Positions 48,089-57,749 of a stretch of 64,000 nt of DNA are shown one piece after another. The stretch covers positions 32,001 to 96,000 of the IMG/VR virus record IMGVR_UViG_3300045581_000900. One strand, given 5' to 3'. Numbering within the stretch: the first letter of the stretch is position 1; each line of letters begins with the position of its first letter. The translations under genes were made by a program, and so were the position numbers. The notes beneath the pieces are model-generated. The model worked only from the letters and a program-made list of their open reading frames with translations, had not been told where the DNA came from and searched no databases. The stretch comes from a virus.

Positions 48089-49969
48089 TCAGGCGGGTTG
48101 TTCCCGGTTTTCCGAGCCGATGTCGCGGAGCAGATTGCGAAAGGATTCGTTCAACTGTTCTTTCTCGGCCGTGAGGCGTTCGAGCACCTCATCAGCCGTG
48201 CGGTGCCGCTGTTTGCCGAAGAGTTTCCGGCCGAGCACGCCCGGCTCTTCAGAAGCGTTTAAATATCTTTGCACGGCGACGTTCTTGAGTTCCTCGGGCA
48301 GGCCGGCATGACTGTCGAACCGCAGGCCACGACCGCGGGCCTGCTGGAGCCGAGCCTCGTTCCAGTGGGGGTCCAGAAGCTGGATCAAACTCGTGCCCTT
48401 GGTCGAGATGCCCTCCGCGGCGGCCGGGCCTAAGAGCAACGCCCGGAGCTTGCCCTCGTTATAGTCTTTCAGGGCCTGCTGGCGTTGCTTTGTGGGAATG
48501 CTGCCGTGAAAAATCCCATAAGGAATCTGGTTCTTCTCCAGTGCCGCAGCATACGGGTTGATGCCGGAGTCGACGAAGTTGGAATAGATAATCGCCTTCT
48601 TGCGAGGGTCTTCGTCGAGCACTTTCTTGAGGTTGGTGTACGCCGTCTGCAGCTTGCCCGACTGCTCGAAGGCCTTGAGCGGGTTCTTGTCGGCCCGGAA
48701 CGTCTGCGTCGACAGCCCAGCCTGCCGCATGCCGTTCAAAAAGCTGTTTAAACGACTAAGCTCGTCCTTCGAGAGCGGGAACTCGCGGTCCAGTTTCCAG
48801 AGAAAGCCCGGCGGAATCTTCGTGCGGATCGCCTTGTGAATCTTCTCTTGTTCGGGCGTGAGCGGCGTACGGATGATCTCTTCGTTGACGTTCACGCCCT
48901 CGGGAGTCTTGCTGGGCTGATAATCGACTTTGCCCTTGAGCAGTTCCCGCAGTTCTGCCTCGTTCTTAATAAACGGCCGCACGCCGGGCTTCACGCCTCG
49001 CAGCCAGCCCATCCAGCCGGGCTTCACCTTCTTGTAGCCCACATAGCGTTCGGCAAAGCTCTCGGGGTCGATGCTCTTGCCCTGCAGCATCGAGACCAAC
49101 GGGGCCAAGTCTGTGGGCGAATTCGTGATCGGCGTGCCGGTTAAGAGCATTACGCGTTTGGCATTGCGGGCCGCCTGCATGGCCGCTTGGGTCATCGCCG
49201 AGTTGGGATTTCTAAGCCTCGCCGCCTCGTCCATGATCAGCGTGTCGGGCTGGGACTTGAACGGCTTGCCCATGCCGAGTCCTGTGTAGCTCATGACCTC
49301 GGGATTGGAGTTGCGGGTGAACTTCTTGATCTCTTTCTCGAAGTTCCCCCGCAGACTCGCCGGCACCACGGCCGCATAGCTCCCGCCATGGAGTTTCCGG
49401 GCCGCTTCCGCCGCGGCTATAGACGACAGAGATTTCCCCGAGCCCAAGCCGTGATAGACGAGTAATCGGGGATTCTCGCCCGTGATTTTGTCGGCAATAC
49501 GCTGCTGGTGGTCTTGTAGCTGGACGTCAGGGCTTAATTCCGCCTGTTTCTGCCGGTCGGCCAGATGCTGCTGAATCGCCTTGTTTTTATAGGCTTCCAG
49601 CATGTCTACGACACCATTTCGCGACTCGCTAGGGACCAAATTCGCAGGGTCGATGCCCCAGTTGCGTAACGCCCAGCCGCGTCTGGCTGTGGGGTTTTTC
49701 ACAAACGGGCCGCCATGGCGAGCCTTGAAGCTCAGCCAGCGTTTCATCTGCCGCTCGTCCTCGTCGGGAATCCTGCGGCCCGATGCGTAACGTTTGTACC
49801 ACTGGGCCCAGCCCTTCGGGTCATGCTGGCTGATCCATTCGGGCTTCCACTCCCCCAGACTGGCTAAACGCGGACCTTGGCCGCGGTACAACGAGTCGTA
49901 CACGCCCAGACTTTCCATCTGTTCGGGCGTGTAGTCCGGCGTGAATTTCGCAGCAAGGTCGTCGGGCAT
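48089..49969 (-). CDS. SNF2-like SF2 helicase with an N-terminal extra domain
   Basis: HGLGSGKS, MDEAA, LTGTP, EGIST, QARGRGLR; N-domain ends at KQA. Confidence 0.85.
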   Translation of the reverse strand: MPDDLAAKFTPDYTPEQMESLGVYDSLYRGQGPRLASLGEWKPEWISQHDPKGWAQWYKRYASGRRIPDEDERQMKRWLSFKARHGGPFVKNPTARRGWALRNWGIDPANLVPSESRNGVVDMLEAYKNKAIQQHLADRQKQAELSPDVQLQDHQQRIADKITGENPRLLVYHGLGSGKSLSSIAAAEAARKLHGGSYAAVVPASLRGNFEKEIKKFTRNSNPEVMSYTGLGMGKPFKSQPDTLIMDEAARLRNPNSAMTQAAMQAARNAKRVMLLTGTPITNSPTDLAPLVSMLQGKSIDPESFAERYVGYKKVKPGWMGWLRGVKPGVRPFIKNEAELRELLKGKVDYQPSKTPEGVNVNEEIIRTPLTPEQEKIHKAIRTKIPPGFLWKLDREFPLSKDELSRLNSFLNGMRQAGLSTQTFRADKNPLKAFEQSGKLQTAYTNLKKVLDEDPRKKAIIYSNFVDSGINPYAAALEKNQIPYGIFHGSIPTKQRQQALKDYNEGKLRALLLGPAAAEGISTKGTSLIQLLDPHWNEARLQQARGRGLRFDSHAGLPEELKNVAVQRYLNASEEPGVLGRKLFGKQRHRTADEVLERLTAEKEQLNESFRNLLRDIGSENREQPA

Positions 49970-50122
49970 AGCGTCACTGCCGGATGAAATACACCAGTGC
50001 CACCGCCAGCCCTGCCGCCAGAGCCGTCACGGCGTAAATAAAAACAGCAATAGCGTCGGGAGCTTTTTTAGCCATAGTCTCGCCATTTTACACGGTTTTT
50101 CCGGCCGGCCCAACTGCGGTCT

Positions 50123-50380
50123 TTACTGCCAGTCGCTGAGATACACCACAGCGATATAGGTGCCCACGAACGCCCCCAGACTCAAGGGGACGATATACAG
50201 GACATTATGCGTGTAACTCATGACGCCCACGGCCCCGAGACTGTACAGAATCGAGCCGGTAAAACTGGCCGCCAGAGCCCGTTTCTGGCTCACGCAGAGG
50301 ACGTACAGGGCGTAGAGAATGTCAAACAGGACATAGACGACAAAAACCATGAACGCCGTCAGCCAACTGAAATCCTGCAT
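50123..50380 (-). CDS. Small three-TM membrane protein
   Basis: Hydrophobic throughout; AGGAGG RBS. Confidence 0.7.
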   Translation of the reverse strand: MQDFSWLTAFMVFVVYVLFDILYALYVLCVSQKRALAASFTGSILYSLGAVGVMSYTHNVLYIVPLSLGAFVGTYIAVVYLSDWQ

Positions 50381-50389
50381 GCGATCCTC

Positions 50390-50632
50390 CTAGATTCTGT
50401 GGGCTGTTCGCCACACGACGTAGAGCCCACAGCCCGCCGAGACCAAGCCCAGATATCTCGCCCATGTATACACGTGGGCGAACCAGAAAATCCCCAGCCA
50501 GATCGCGGCCAGTGCGGTGATCGCCGCCAGAATGGGCAGCTTGGCGTGATGAAACCAGAGCGACATGGGCCCGCAGAGAAACAGCAGGCACCAGATCACA
50601 AACACCATGATCGCCAGACTTTCCATAAACAT
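50390..50632 (-). CDS. Small membrane protein
   Basis: Three hydrophobic segments from MFMESL. Confidence 0.55.
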   Translation of the reverse strand: MFMESLAIMVFVIWCLLFLCGPMSLWFHHAKLPILAAITALAAIWLGIFWFAHVYTWARYLGLVSAGCGLYVVWRTAHRI

Positions 50633-50790
50633 CAACTCCGTTTGATTTTCTTTTTCGGGCATTCGCGAAAGCCGCATACGGAGCACTTGCCCCATTGGCC
50701 GACTTTGTTGCAGTCGCAGCGGCTGCACCAAAACAGCCCGCGTTTTGCAATCTGGCTTCGTTGCCGATTCGTTAACACCGCGTCTTCCAT
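50632..50790 (-). CDS. Small Zn-ribbon protein
   Basis: CSRC...CSVC. Confidence 0.55.
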   Translation of the reverse strand: MEDAVLTNRQRSQIAKRGLFWCSRCDCNKVGQWGKCSVCGFRECPKKKIKRS

Positions 50791-50863
50791 GCTCGTTTCC
50801 TTGCGAATGTACACACAAAAAGCACTCTACACTTGCTGCGTGTATATGCCAGTTTGTGTGTAG

Positions 50864-51478
50864 TTAGGATTTCCCGAAACAGACGCACCAGTACAGCCGG
50901 CCGCGGGAGTCTTTCCGTGCTCCGCAGCCGATCTTGTTAAAACCAGTGCTCATGATATTACGCCGATGCCCCGGCGACCAGAGCCAACTTTTCATGACAC
51001 TCTCGGGCGTCTCTTGGCCCCATGCGATGTTCTCGCCGGCCCGAGAGAACCCTAGTTGCATGAGCTTTCGCATCGACGAGTGCACCATGCGGCGATTTTC
51101 CGCCATCCAATTGGCGTGCTCTTGAGCGTAGTTTGTTAATTTTTCATCGACCTGTAACGGCGGCAGATTCCACGCCCAACTGGCTTTCTCCCGGGCGGTG
51201 TTGTGCAGGGCGGCAAGCTGGTCGGTGTCGGCGTCAACGGTGTTGCGAAGCAGGGGTAGACTCTGAAGATTGAGCTTGCGGCGAAATTTATCATTTTCGC
51301 GAGACTTGAGCAGGTACATCTGCTGGTATTCGCTGGCGAGCTTCCGCTGACCGTCCAGTTCGTCGTAAAGCTCCAGTAAGACCTCCGCGGCCCTGTCATG
51401 CGGTCCGCCGATCACAGCCTCGGAGAACCGGCGAAGCTCCGCGGCTAAGAGGGCGATGTCCTGCTGCTCGTACCTCAT
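50864..51478 (-). CDS. CAP/SCP domain protein
   Basis: HN..R, AQEHANWMA..H, GENIAWG, WLWSPGHRRNI. Confidence 0.9.
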   Translation of the reverse strand: MRYEQQDIALLAAELRRFSEAVIGGPHDRAAEVLLELYDELDGQRKLASEYQQMYLLKSRENDKFRRKLNLQSLPLLRNTVDADTDQLAALHNTAREKASWAWNLPPLQVDEKLTNYAQEHANWMAENRRMVHSSMRKLMQLGFSRAGENIAWGQETPESVMKSWLWSPGHRRNIMSTGFNKIGCGARKDSRGRLYWCVCFGKS

Positions 51479-52323
51479 GGCTGCACCTCGGCGTCGGCCA
51501 AGGCGATCTCGGAGCCGGTCGTGCTCTGGGCCTTGAGAGCCAGTTCATAGTTCTCGATCTGCCGGTGCACCCAGTCGTGATACATGCTCACACGGGTAAA
51601 CGCGGCCTCGTCGCCATAGGTGCCGTCGGTCTTCTTGTCGGCGGCGAGTAAAAACGAATTAATCCCAGCGAGCTTGTCGCCAATAAACATGCCGCCGCCT
51701 GAATCCCCCGGCGTAATCACAAACTCCAGCGGCATCCGACCTTTGCCGGCCGTGGGCGAGCAGAAGAGAACCGCGTCCGCACGACCGTCGATCACGTTGT
51801 GCCCGGCACGCTTGCGTTGGTCCGATGTCTCGGCGTTCGCTCCGCTGGAAAACGTGCCCTGAATCCCGTAGCCGGCAATCGTGATCGCCTTTCCCATCTC
51901 GTCCTGCTGGTCGTAGAGCGGCGTGTAAAAATCGAGCTTGAAGTCCGTGCCGCTGTAGCCTAGAGCAAGGTCGTGCCAGCCGACTTTTTCTGACACATAC
52001 TCGCGATGAATGATGACGGTGCTGAGCGGATATTCCGTGCCGTCGTCCTTGAGAATCTTTTGGCCGTACGTGCCCTCGACGACATGGGCCGCGGTGAGAA
52101 TCCAGTTGGGCCGGATAATCACCGCCGAGCCGTGCTGCTCGTGTTCTTTCTTCGGGCAGTCGGGGTTCGTGCACTTGATCTTGGCGATGATTTTCACCAC
52201 GCCCGGAAACTGCTGGCCGAACTCGACGTACTTGCTGTCGGGGGTATTCGGGTCTCGCGTGCCGGCCTGTACCGCCTCAGCACCAATAGCTAAAAAAAAC
52301 AGGAGTGATGTAAAGAGTTTCAT
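51475..52323 (-). CDS. Secreted trypsin-like (S1) serine protease
   Basis: Signal peptide; LTAAH, DLAL, GDSGG. Confidence 0.92.
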   Translation of the reverse strand: MKLFTSLLFFLAIGAEAVQAGTRDPNTPDSKYVEFGQQFPGVVKIIAKIKCTNPDCPKKEHEQHGSAVIIRPNWILTAAHVVEGTYGQKILKDDGTEYPLSTVIIHREYVSEKVGWHDLALGYSGTDFKLDFYTPLYDQQDEMGKAITIAGYGIQGTFSSGANAETSDQRKRAGHNVIDGRADAVLFCSPTAGKGRMPLEFVITPGDSGGGMFIGDKLAGINSFLLAADKKTDGTYGDEAAFTRVSMYHDWVHRQIENYELALKAQSTTGSEIALADAEVQP

Positions 52324-52365
52324 GATCGGCCTCCTTGCTACCGGCAGATGCGGCAGTGAAATGAG

Positions 52366-52683
52366 TTAGTTGCGGTCACGCAGCCATGTTTGGAATTCCT
52401 TCTTGTTCATGAGGCCGGCACGACGGGCCACCTCACGGGTTTTGTCGTCTAAACGCACCACGGTCGGCACGGTGGACACAGCGAAAATCTCGGCGGTTTC
52501 GGGGGACTCGATGATGTCGATCCGCGAAACAACAAAACCCTGAGTTAACTCAGGGTTCTCTTTGAGCATCTGCTCAAACTTGGCACAGGGCCGGCACCCC
52601 GGCATGTGAAAAATGAGTAATTCGTCGGCAAATAGTGCCGAAGAAAAGAGGGCCACAAGCAGGCCCGCGAGAAAAGTTTTCAT
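52366..52683 (-). CDS. Secreted thioredoxin-fold protein
   Basis: Signal peptide; CRPC; cis-Pro VPT. Confidence 0.85.
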   Translation of the reverse strand: MKTFLAGLLVALFSSALFADELLIFHMPGCRPCAKFEQMLKENPELTQGFVVSRIDIIESPETAEIFAVSTVPTVVRLDDKTREVARRAGLMNKKEFQTWLRDRN

Positions 52684-52764
52684 GGCTGTTCCCCCCGCAG
52701 ACCCAAAGACCCACAGCCGCCAGAGGAATTAACTTACCACAGAAGTTAACACTTCGCCAAATAG

Positions 52765-53352
52765 TCACCCGCCGCCGGGCCAGAACGCCTGACAATGCCC
52801 GGAGGCGACGTGGACCAGATAGCCCAGTCCGGTCAGGCGGGCAATCAGGGCCTGACTCTCCTGTGCGGGCACTAACCCGTTGTGCTCAAAGAAGATAGAC
52901 ACGGGCCGGAGCGAGAGCGTGTCGAAGAAGTCGTTGAGAATAATCGCGTCATGGCCCTCCGTGTCGATCTTCAAAAAGTCGATGTGGGTAATGTTGTATT
53001 TGGCGACGAGGTCCTTGATCCTGACGACGGGCACCGTGGTCTTGACCACGCACTCCGGTGGAATCACGCCCTGCCTGACGCCCGCCTCGACGGTCGGATG
53101 CGGCTTGCCCACGGAGTTACAGCCCCGCAGCCAGTTGTTCAGCCCCCGCTGCTCGATGACGTCTGACGGGACGCGATACAGGTCGATCTGGCCCGTATAG
53201 TTGCTCACCGCGACGTTCTCTTTCCGACACGTGGCCGGAAGCCTGTCGAAGTATTCTTTCACGGGCTCGATGAACAAACCGTCGACGACGCCCGCCTGTG
53301 TATCGAAGTCACAGGTGCCGATCTCAATGATAAATGGCCGGGGTGGTGTCAT
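52765..53352 (-). CDS. FkbM-family methyltransferase
   Basis: IEIG, IEP, IDFLKIDTEGHD, IFFE. Confidence 0.85.
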   Translation of the reverse strand: MTPPRPFIIEIGTCDFDTQAGVVDGLFIEPVKEYFDRLPATCRKENVAVSNYTGQIDLYRVPSDVIEQRGLNNWLRGCNSVGKPHPTVEAGVRQGVIPPECVVKTTVPVVRIKDLVAKYNITHIDFLKIDTEGHDAIILNDFFDTLSLRPVSIFFEHNGLVPAQESQALIARLTGLGYLVHVASGHCQAFWPGGG

Positions 53353-53427
53353 ACGAAAAAACCCAGCCCGAGGAGAAGTTCGGGCTGGGCTCTAATGGTC
53401 CTGCGGTAGCGGGAAAGACGCAGTGTT

Positions 53428-53946
53428 TTATTTTCGTCGCAGGCTGTGGGCTAACGTCGTACCGAACGCGAACGCACTGGCGATCTTGGGTTCTTCGGAG
53501 CCGTACGTGTGGTCGCCGTAGGCTTTGCCGGCCATGCCGCCGAGCACCGTGCCTGCCGCGAGGCCGCCGGCACCGCCAGCCGCTGCACCACGCAGAGCCC
53601 CCATCAGTCGGCTGCGACGCCTGAGCCGCACGCCGCCCTCCTCGTCGATTTCACCCACGGCACCCGGATCATACGCCCCGTGCAAACCGCCGCCGATCAC
53701 GCCGGCGAGGCCACCGCCCATGCCGCCTAAACTCGCTCCCGCCAGCGGAGCGACCGCCTGCGAAATGGCTTGGCTTAAACTTTGCTCGGCGGCCTTCGTT
53801 TCACCGCTCGTGTGCTCGCGGCTGAACTCGTCGGGGGTCATCTTCTTGTGCTCTTCATACTGCATCTTAGGCTTCATGCCCTCGACCGGCTCGCTGCAGT
53901 CGTATACTTTCGCGGCCTTGGTCAGCAGTTCAATGTTTACGCTCAT
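53428..53946 (-). CDS. Gly-zipper hairpin cargo-like protein
   Basis: KAA x2, Gly zippers, KIASAFAFG. Confidence 0.65.
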   Translation of the reverse strand: MSVNIELLTKAAKVYDCSEPVEGMKPKMQYEEHKKMTPDEFSREHTSGETKAAEQSLSQAISQAVAPLAGASLGGMGGGLAGVIGGGLHGAYDPGAVGEIDEEGGVRLRRRSRLMGALRGAAAGGAGGLAAGTVLGGMAGKAYGDHTYGSEEPKIASAFAFGTTLAHSLRRK

Positions 53947-53973
53947 GTCGGGGTTCCTGTTTTAAAAGTAGTA

Positions 53974-55866
53974 TTAGCGGCCCAGCGTCGGTGAGCCGGG
54001 CAGTTGCATGTTGCTCATGTCAATGCCGGAGGCGTCAAAGCCACGACTCGGTGCTGTTCTGATATTCTCTTCGACCTGCTTGTCTCGAACCTGTTGCAGC
54101 ATGCGGGCGAACTCGGCGGGATTCTTCTGCTTCATCGCCAAGACTTCGGGCGAGACGTTTTCAATTCCAGCCTGCTGGTCCATGCTGGCCTGCTGGGCCT
54201 TGGCCGCGGCCTGAGCCTTCGACTTGGCATACGCCGACGGGCCCATCAGCGACTCGTTCTGGCGGTCAAACTTGGCCTGCTCGTTGGCAGCAGCACGGGC
54301 TCTTAACGCGGCTACGCCAGCGGTATCCGTCGGCGTATACGTCGGCGATTTAGGAGCCTGCATGTTCGCCATGTTCGGGCCCTTGTAGAGCGGATTCGAG
54401 ACCTGCCCGCCGGTGTTCCCGCTGGCAATACTTGCTCCCATCGTGCCCGGAGCACTCGCAGTCTGGGCGTCACGGAACCGCTTGGCCTCGCCCTTCTGCA
54501 GGCTCGGGCTGAAATAATCTTTGTCAGAACCGCGGTACGACTTGGCATAGTTTCCGCCGCGGCCCTGTTCTGTGGCCAGAGCGACTTCCTGCGGCGACTT
54601 CGGGTTGGCGGTGCTCGTCGGTGCCTTGGGTCCGAAGCCCAGTCGCTTCGCCAGATCGCTGCCAAAGCCCGTCGCCGCACCGTAGGCACTGTTCACGGCA
54701 TCAGGGGCAAAGTGGCCAGCCAGTCCGCCAGCACCAGCACCCATCACGCCGCCGCCGATCAGGCCACGCAGAGCCGCACCAAATCGGCTGCGTTGCTTGC
54801 GGCCCACGAGATTGCCCTCGTCGTCATAGACGTCTTCTTCGCCCGGAGCGACAAGGCCGGCTAAGCCGCCGGCCAAGCCACCGCCCAAGCCACCCATGCC
54901 AGCACCCTGCAGGACGCCGGCCGGAATATTGCTGGTTAAATTCTTGGCGTAGCTGCCGAGGTCCTGCAGCGACGGCATAGCCTGCTTTTCACTCGCCGTC
55001 TTGCCGCCCATGAGCCCGCCCAGACCGATCCCGGCCAGCATCGAATTTAAATTGCCGCCGTTGGCCAGATGCGAGCCGATGTACGTGCCCGCACCACCTG
55101 CCGCCGCACCGAGCAACGCATTGCGAAATCGGTTCTTGCGACTGAGCAAGGCACCGGCTGCACCGCCGGCCAGAGCACCACCGGCCGCGTTTGTCAGATT
55201 GCCCGAGATACCCAGTCGGCCGGCAAGCGTCGTGTCTTTCTCACGCTGCTGTAATTCAGGAGCCACCGGATTCCCCGAGGGACGAGCCTCACGCACATGC
55301 ATCGGCCGACCGTCGAACACAGGCTCAGGCTGACCAGACGAAAACGGCCAGATGGCCTCTTTGCTCAGGGCCTGAATCCGCTCTGCCTTCTCGTTCAGCG
55401 ACAGCGACGTGTTGTTCACAATCGCGGCGAGCTTTTCATGAGCCGCCTTGGACGACTCGCCTTCGCTGTCGTCTTCTCTCTTCGGAGCTTTTTTCTTCTG
55501 CGGAGCCGGAGCTTTCTGCTGCCACGGAGCTTTCTTGCCCGTGATGCCCTTGGCGATGCCGGCACCAGCGTGATAGCCGCCGTAGCCGCCAAAGCCCGCA
55601 CCGCCCACCAGCCCAGCCAGTGTCGGAAGACCCATCGCCACGCCGCGGTACTCGTCGGGCACAAGCTGAGAAATGCCGGCTCCGATGCCACCACCGGCCA
55701 GAGCACCGGCCAGTCCGCCGGCACCAGCACCAACGCCGAGCCCGATCCCACGGCCGGCACCGTGCACGGCACCCTCACCACGGCTGCCTGCGGGCGACGA
55801 CATCGCACCAATACCGGCACCGATTAATCCGGGCAGAACAATCTCAGCTTTTTTTTCGTTGGGCAT
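53974..55866 (-). CDS. Gly-zipper polyprotein with three modules
   Basis: Modules start after KKA, KEA, KQA. Confidence 0.7.
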   Translation of the reverse strand: MPNEKKAEIVLPGLIGAGIGAMSSPAGSRGEGAVHGAGRGIGLGVGAGAGGLAGALAGGGIGAGISQLVPDEYRGVAMGLPTLAGLVGGAGFGGYGGYHAGAGIAKGITGKKAPWQQKAPAPQKKKAPKREDDSEGESSKAAHEKLAAIVNNTSLSLNEKAERIQALSKEAIWPFSSGQPEPVFDGRPMHVREARPSGNPVAPELQQREKDTTLAGRLGISGNLTNAAGGALAGGAAGALLSRKNRFRNALLGAAAGGAGTYIGSHLANGGNLNSMLAGIGLGGLMGGKTASEKQAMPSLQDLGSYAKNLTSNIPAGVLQGAGMGGLGGGLAGGLAGLVAPGEEDVYDDEGNLVGRKQRSRFGAALRGLIGGGVMGAGAGGLAGHFAPDAVNSAYGAATGFGSDLAKRLGFGPKAPTSTANPKSPQEVALATEQGRGGNYAKSYRGSDKDYFSPSLQKGEAKRFRDAQTASAPGTMGASIASGNTGGQVSNPLYKGPNMANMQAPKSPTYTPTDTAGVAALRARAAANEQAKFDRQNESLMGPSAYAKSKAQAAAKAQQASMDQQAGIENVSPEVLAMKQKNPAEFARMLQQVRDKQVEENIRTAPSRGFDASGIDMSNMQLPGSPTLGR

Positions 55867-55873
55867 AGTTAAC

Positions 55874-56338
55874 TCACGCGGTTGTGGTGATCTGGTCTAA
55901 AAGAGGTTTGTTGACGTCAACAGCGTCATACTTCTTGGTGACGGACAGCGGCAGAAACCCCAGAGCAGTCTGTTTCACGCCGGATAAAATTTTGTCGATT
56001 TCAGGATTATACTGCGAAAGCGTTTGGCTTGCATAGTTGGATAACGCACTCGTGCCGGCCCCGATGGCCGCTCCTTGTAACGCCCCCATCCACGGATTTC
56101 GCTTCTTTTTCGCGATCACATTGCCGTGGGCGTCGAGCTTTTCATGATAGCCCGGCCAGAGTAATCCCCGGCCGAAACCCAAGCCGCCGCCGACCGTGGC
56201 CGCGATTAACAACTGCCGCAGAGCCTTGTAGTCATGGGGCAGCCGCGGATCGACGCCATACATGTGCTCAAACTGGGTTTTATATCCGTCCCAGAAGGAC
56301 TCGGCGATCTTTTCACCGAACTCGCGTGGCGTACTCAT
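55874..56338 (-). CDS. Gly-zipper hairpin cargo-like protein
   Basis: MSTPREFGEKIA leader. Confidence 0.65.
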   Translation of the reverse strand: MSTPREFGEKIAESFWDGYKTQFEHMYGVDPRLPHDYKALRQLLIAATVGGGLGFGRGLLWPGYHEKLDAHGNVIAKKKRNPWMGALQGAAIGAGTSALSNYASQTLSQYNPEIDKILSGVKQTALGFLPLSVTKKYDAVDVNKPLLDQITTTA

Positions 56339-57741
56339 TTGTTTTTATCCCATGCATCAAGAGCGGCGTAGCCCATGGCGGGTGTGGCGGGCGAGTTGTC
56401 TGCCTTTAAAAACTGCAGGGCGAATGGAGCCCGATTGCCCCCCATGTTTTCCTTCCATGTGTAGTTGTCCTGCCGCGGAGCCACCTCGAACTTTTGCCCC
56501 ACCCACGGAAGCTCGTCCGACAGGATATTATCCCACACCCACCGGCCGCCAATCGTCTTCATCGTGCTGGAGTTCGTGTGGCCTGTGTCCTTCGTGGTGT
56601 ACCAGCCCAGACTCTCGCTCAAGGGAGCTTCACGCCACTTGGAGTCGGTCAGGAACTTGCCCAGATTCTTCTTGAAGTACTCGCTCTCCAGCTTGCTCGG
56701 CGTCACGTCCCAGCGGTCGAGCACCATGCCCTGATACTTCCCGTCGGGCGTCTTCACGTACGGCACCTGCATGCCGCCCATCAACTGGTTGACGCCGAAG
56801 AAGTCGTACACGTTGGGCTGGTAGCTGGGATATTTGTTAAACGTCCTGAGAGCCGTCTCGGGGTCCTTGAGCAGTTGCTCCGGCCCTGACGAGGAAAGAC
56901 TATCGCGTTTCAGCCCGACGTGCGTCTTGCTGCTAAACAGCGTCTTGAGCCGGTCGGCGTACTCGGGGCTTTTCTCGTTGAGCGAGTAGTAGCCTTCGGG
57001 GTTCTTCTGCCACCACGGATTCGCCTTGTCGACCGGCAGGCCAAACTGCCGCCGCACGAGTTCCATGCGGGCCGGAAGCTGCTTGAGCGGGTCGGTCTCG
57101 CCCGTGGCTTTGTTCGTGCCCCAGTACTTCATCGCGTCTTCGTCAAAGTCCTGCTTGTCAAGAATAGCCGCGTTCCAGATACGCTTGAGCGACGGCGTGA
57201 TCTCCTTCGTGGCCGTGGGGCGATAGCCCATCGGTATCTTCGTGTTGGCAATGTACCGGCGGAACCGGTCGCCCACGATGTTGCTCAAGCCCGCCCCGGT
57301 CAACGCACCTGTTAACACACGCTTGAGCGTCTGGCGTTTGCCCTTCTTGTCCTTGCCGCGGATGAGGTCGTACAGGCCGCCGACACCAGCCCCGGCCAAA
57401 CCGCCGGCCACGGTATCGGGCACACGGAGCTTGGGCAGATGCCAGCGGATGTTCTCCAGCACCTCTTTCAGGTCGGCGGTCTTCTCGGCCGGGACAGGAG
57501 CCAGTCGCTTTTTCTTAGCTATCGCCTTGGCTTTCACACTGGGCCGCTGCTGGTTTAAATACCATAACGCGGCCCCCAAGCCGCCCACCGTCGCGAGCGG
57601 GGCGTAGTTCCAGAGCTTTTCTTTCACCGCGTTGTAGTCGTACGTGGCGGCGAAGCCCGGCTCATTGATGTCGGGCAGGTCGGGGTACTGCTGGCGAAGC
57701 GTGTCCCGGAAGTCAGTCGGTGAAGGGAAGGGAGCGGGCAT
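56335..57741 (-). CDS. Gly-zipper protein with globular C-terminal domain
   Basis: EKTA boundary before the Gly hairpin. Confidence 0.65.
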   Translation of the reverse strand: MPAPFPSPTDFRDTLRQQYPDLPDINEPGFAATYDYNAVKEKLWNYAPLATVGGLGAALWYLNQQRPSVKAKAIAKKKRLAPVPAEKTADLKEVLENIRWHLPKLRVPDTVAGGLAGAGVGGLYDLIRGKDKKGKRQTLKRVLTGALTGAGLSNIVGDRFRRYIANTKIPMGYRPTATKEITPSLKRIWNAAILDKQDFDEDAMKYWGTNKATGETDPLKQLPARMELVRRQFGLPVDKANPWWQKNPEGYYSLNEKSPEYADRLKTLFSSKTHVGLKRDSLSSSGPEQLLKDPETALRTFNKYPSYQPNVYDFFGVNQLMGGMQVPYVKTPDGKYQGMVLDRWDVTPSKLESEYFKKNLGKFLTDSKWREAPLSESLGWYTTKDTGHTNSSTMKTIGGRWVWDNILSDELPWVGQKFEVAPRQDNYTWKENMGGNRAPFALQFLKADNSPATPAMGYAALDAWDKNK

Positions 57742-57749
57742 TGGCGACG

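Noticed and set aside
50844-50867. ATATGCC resembling the promoter's downstream box
   Set aside because: The upstream box is degenerate and not at the 13-nt spacing
52286-52299. ATAGCTAAAAAAAA terminator-tail match (also a partial one near 43070)
   Set aside because: Inside coding sequence (signal peptide FFLAI) with no preceding hairpin
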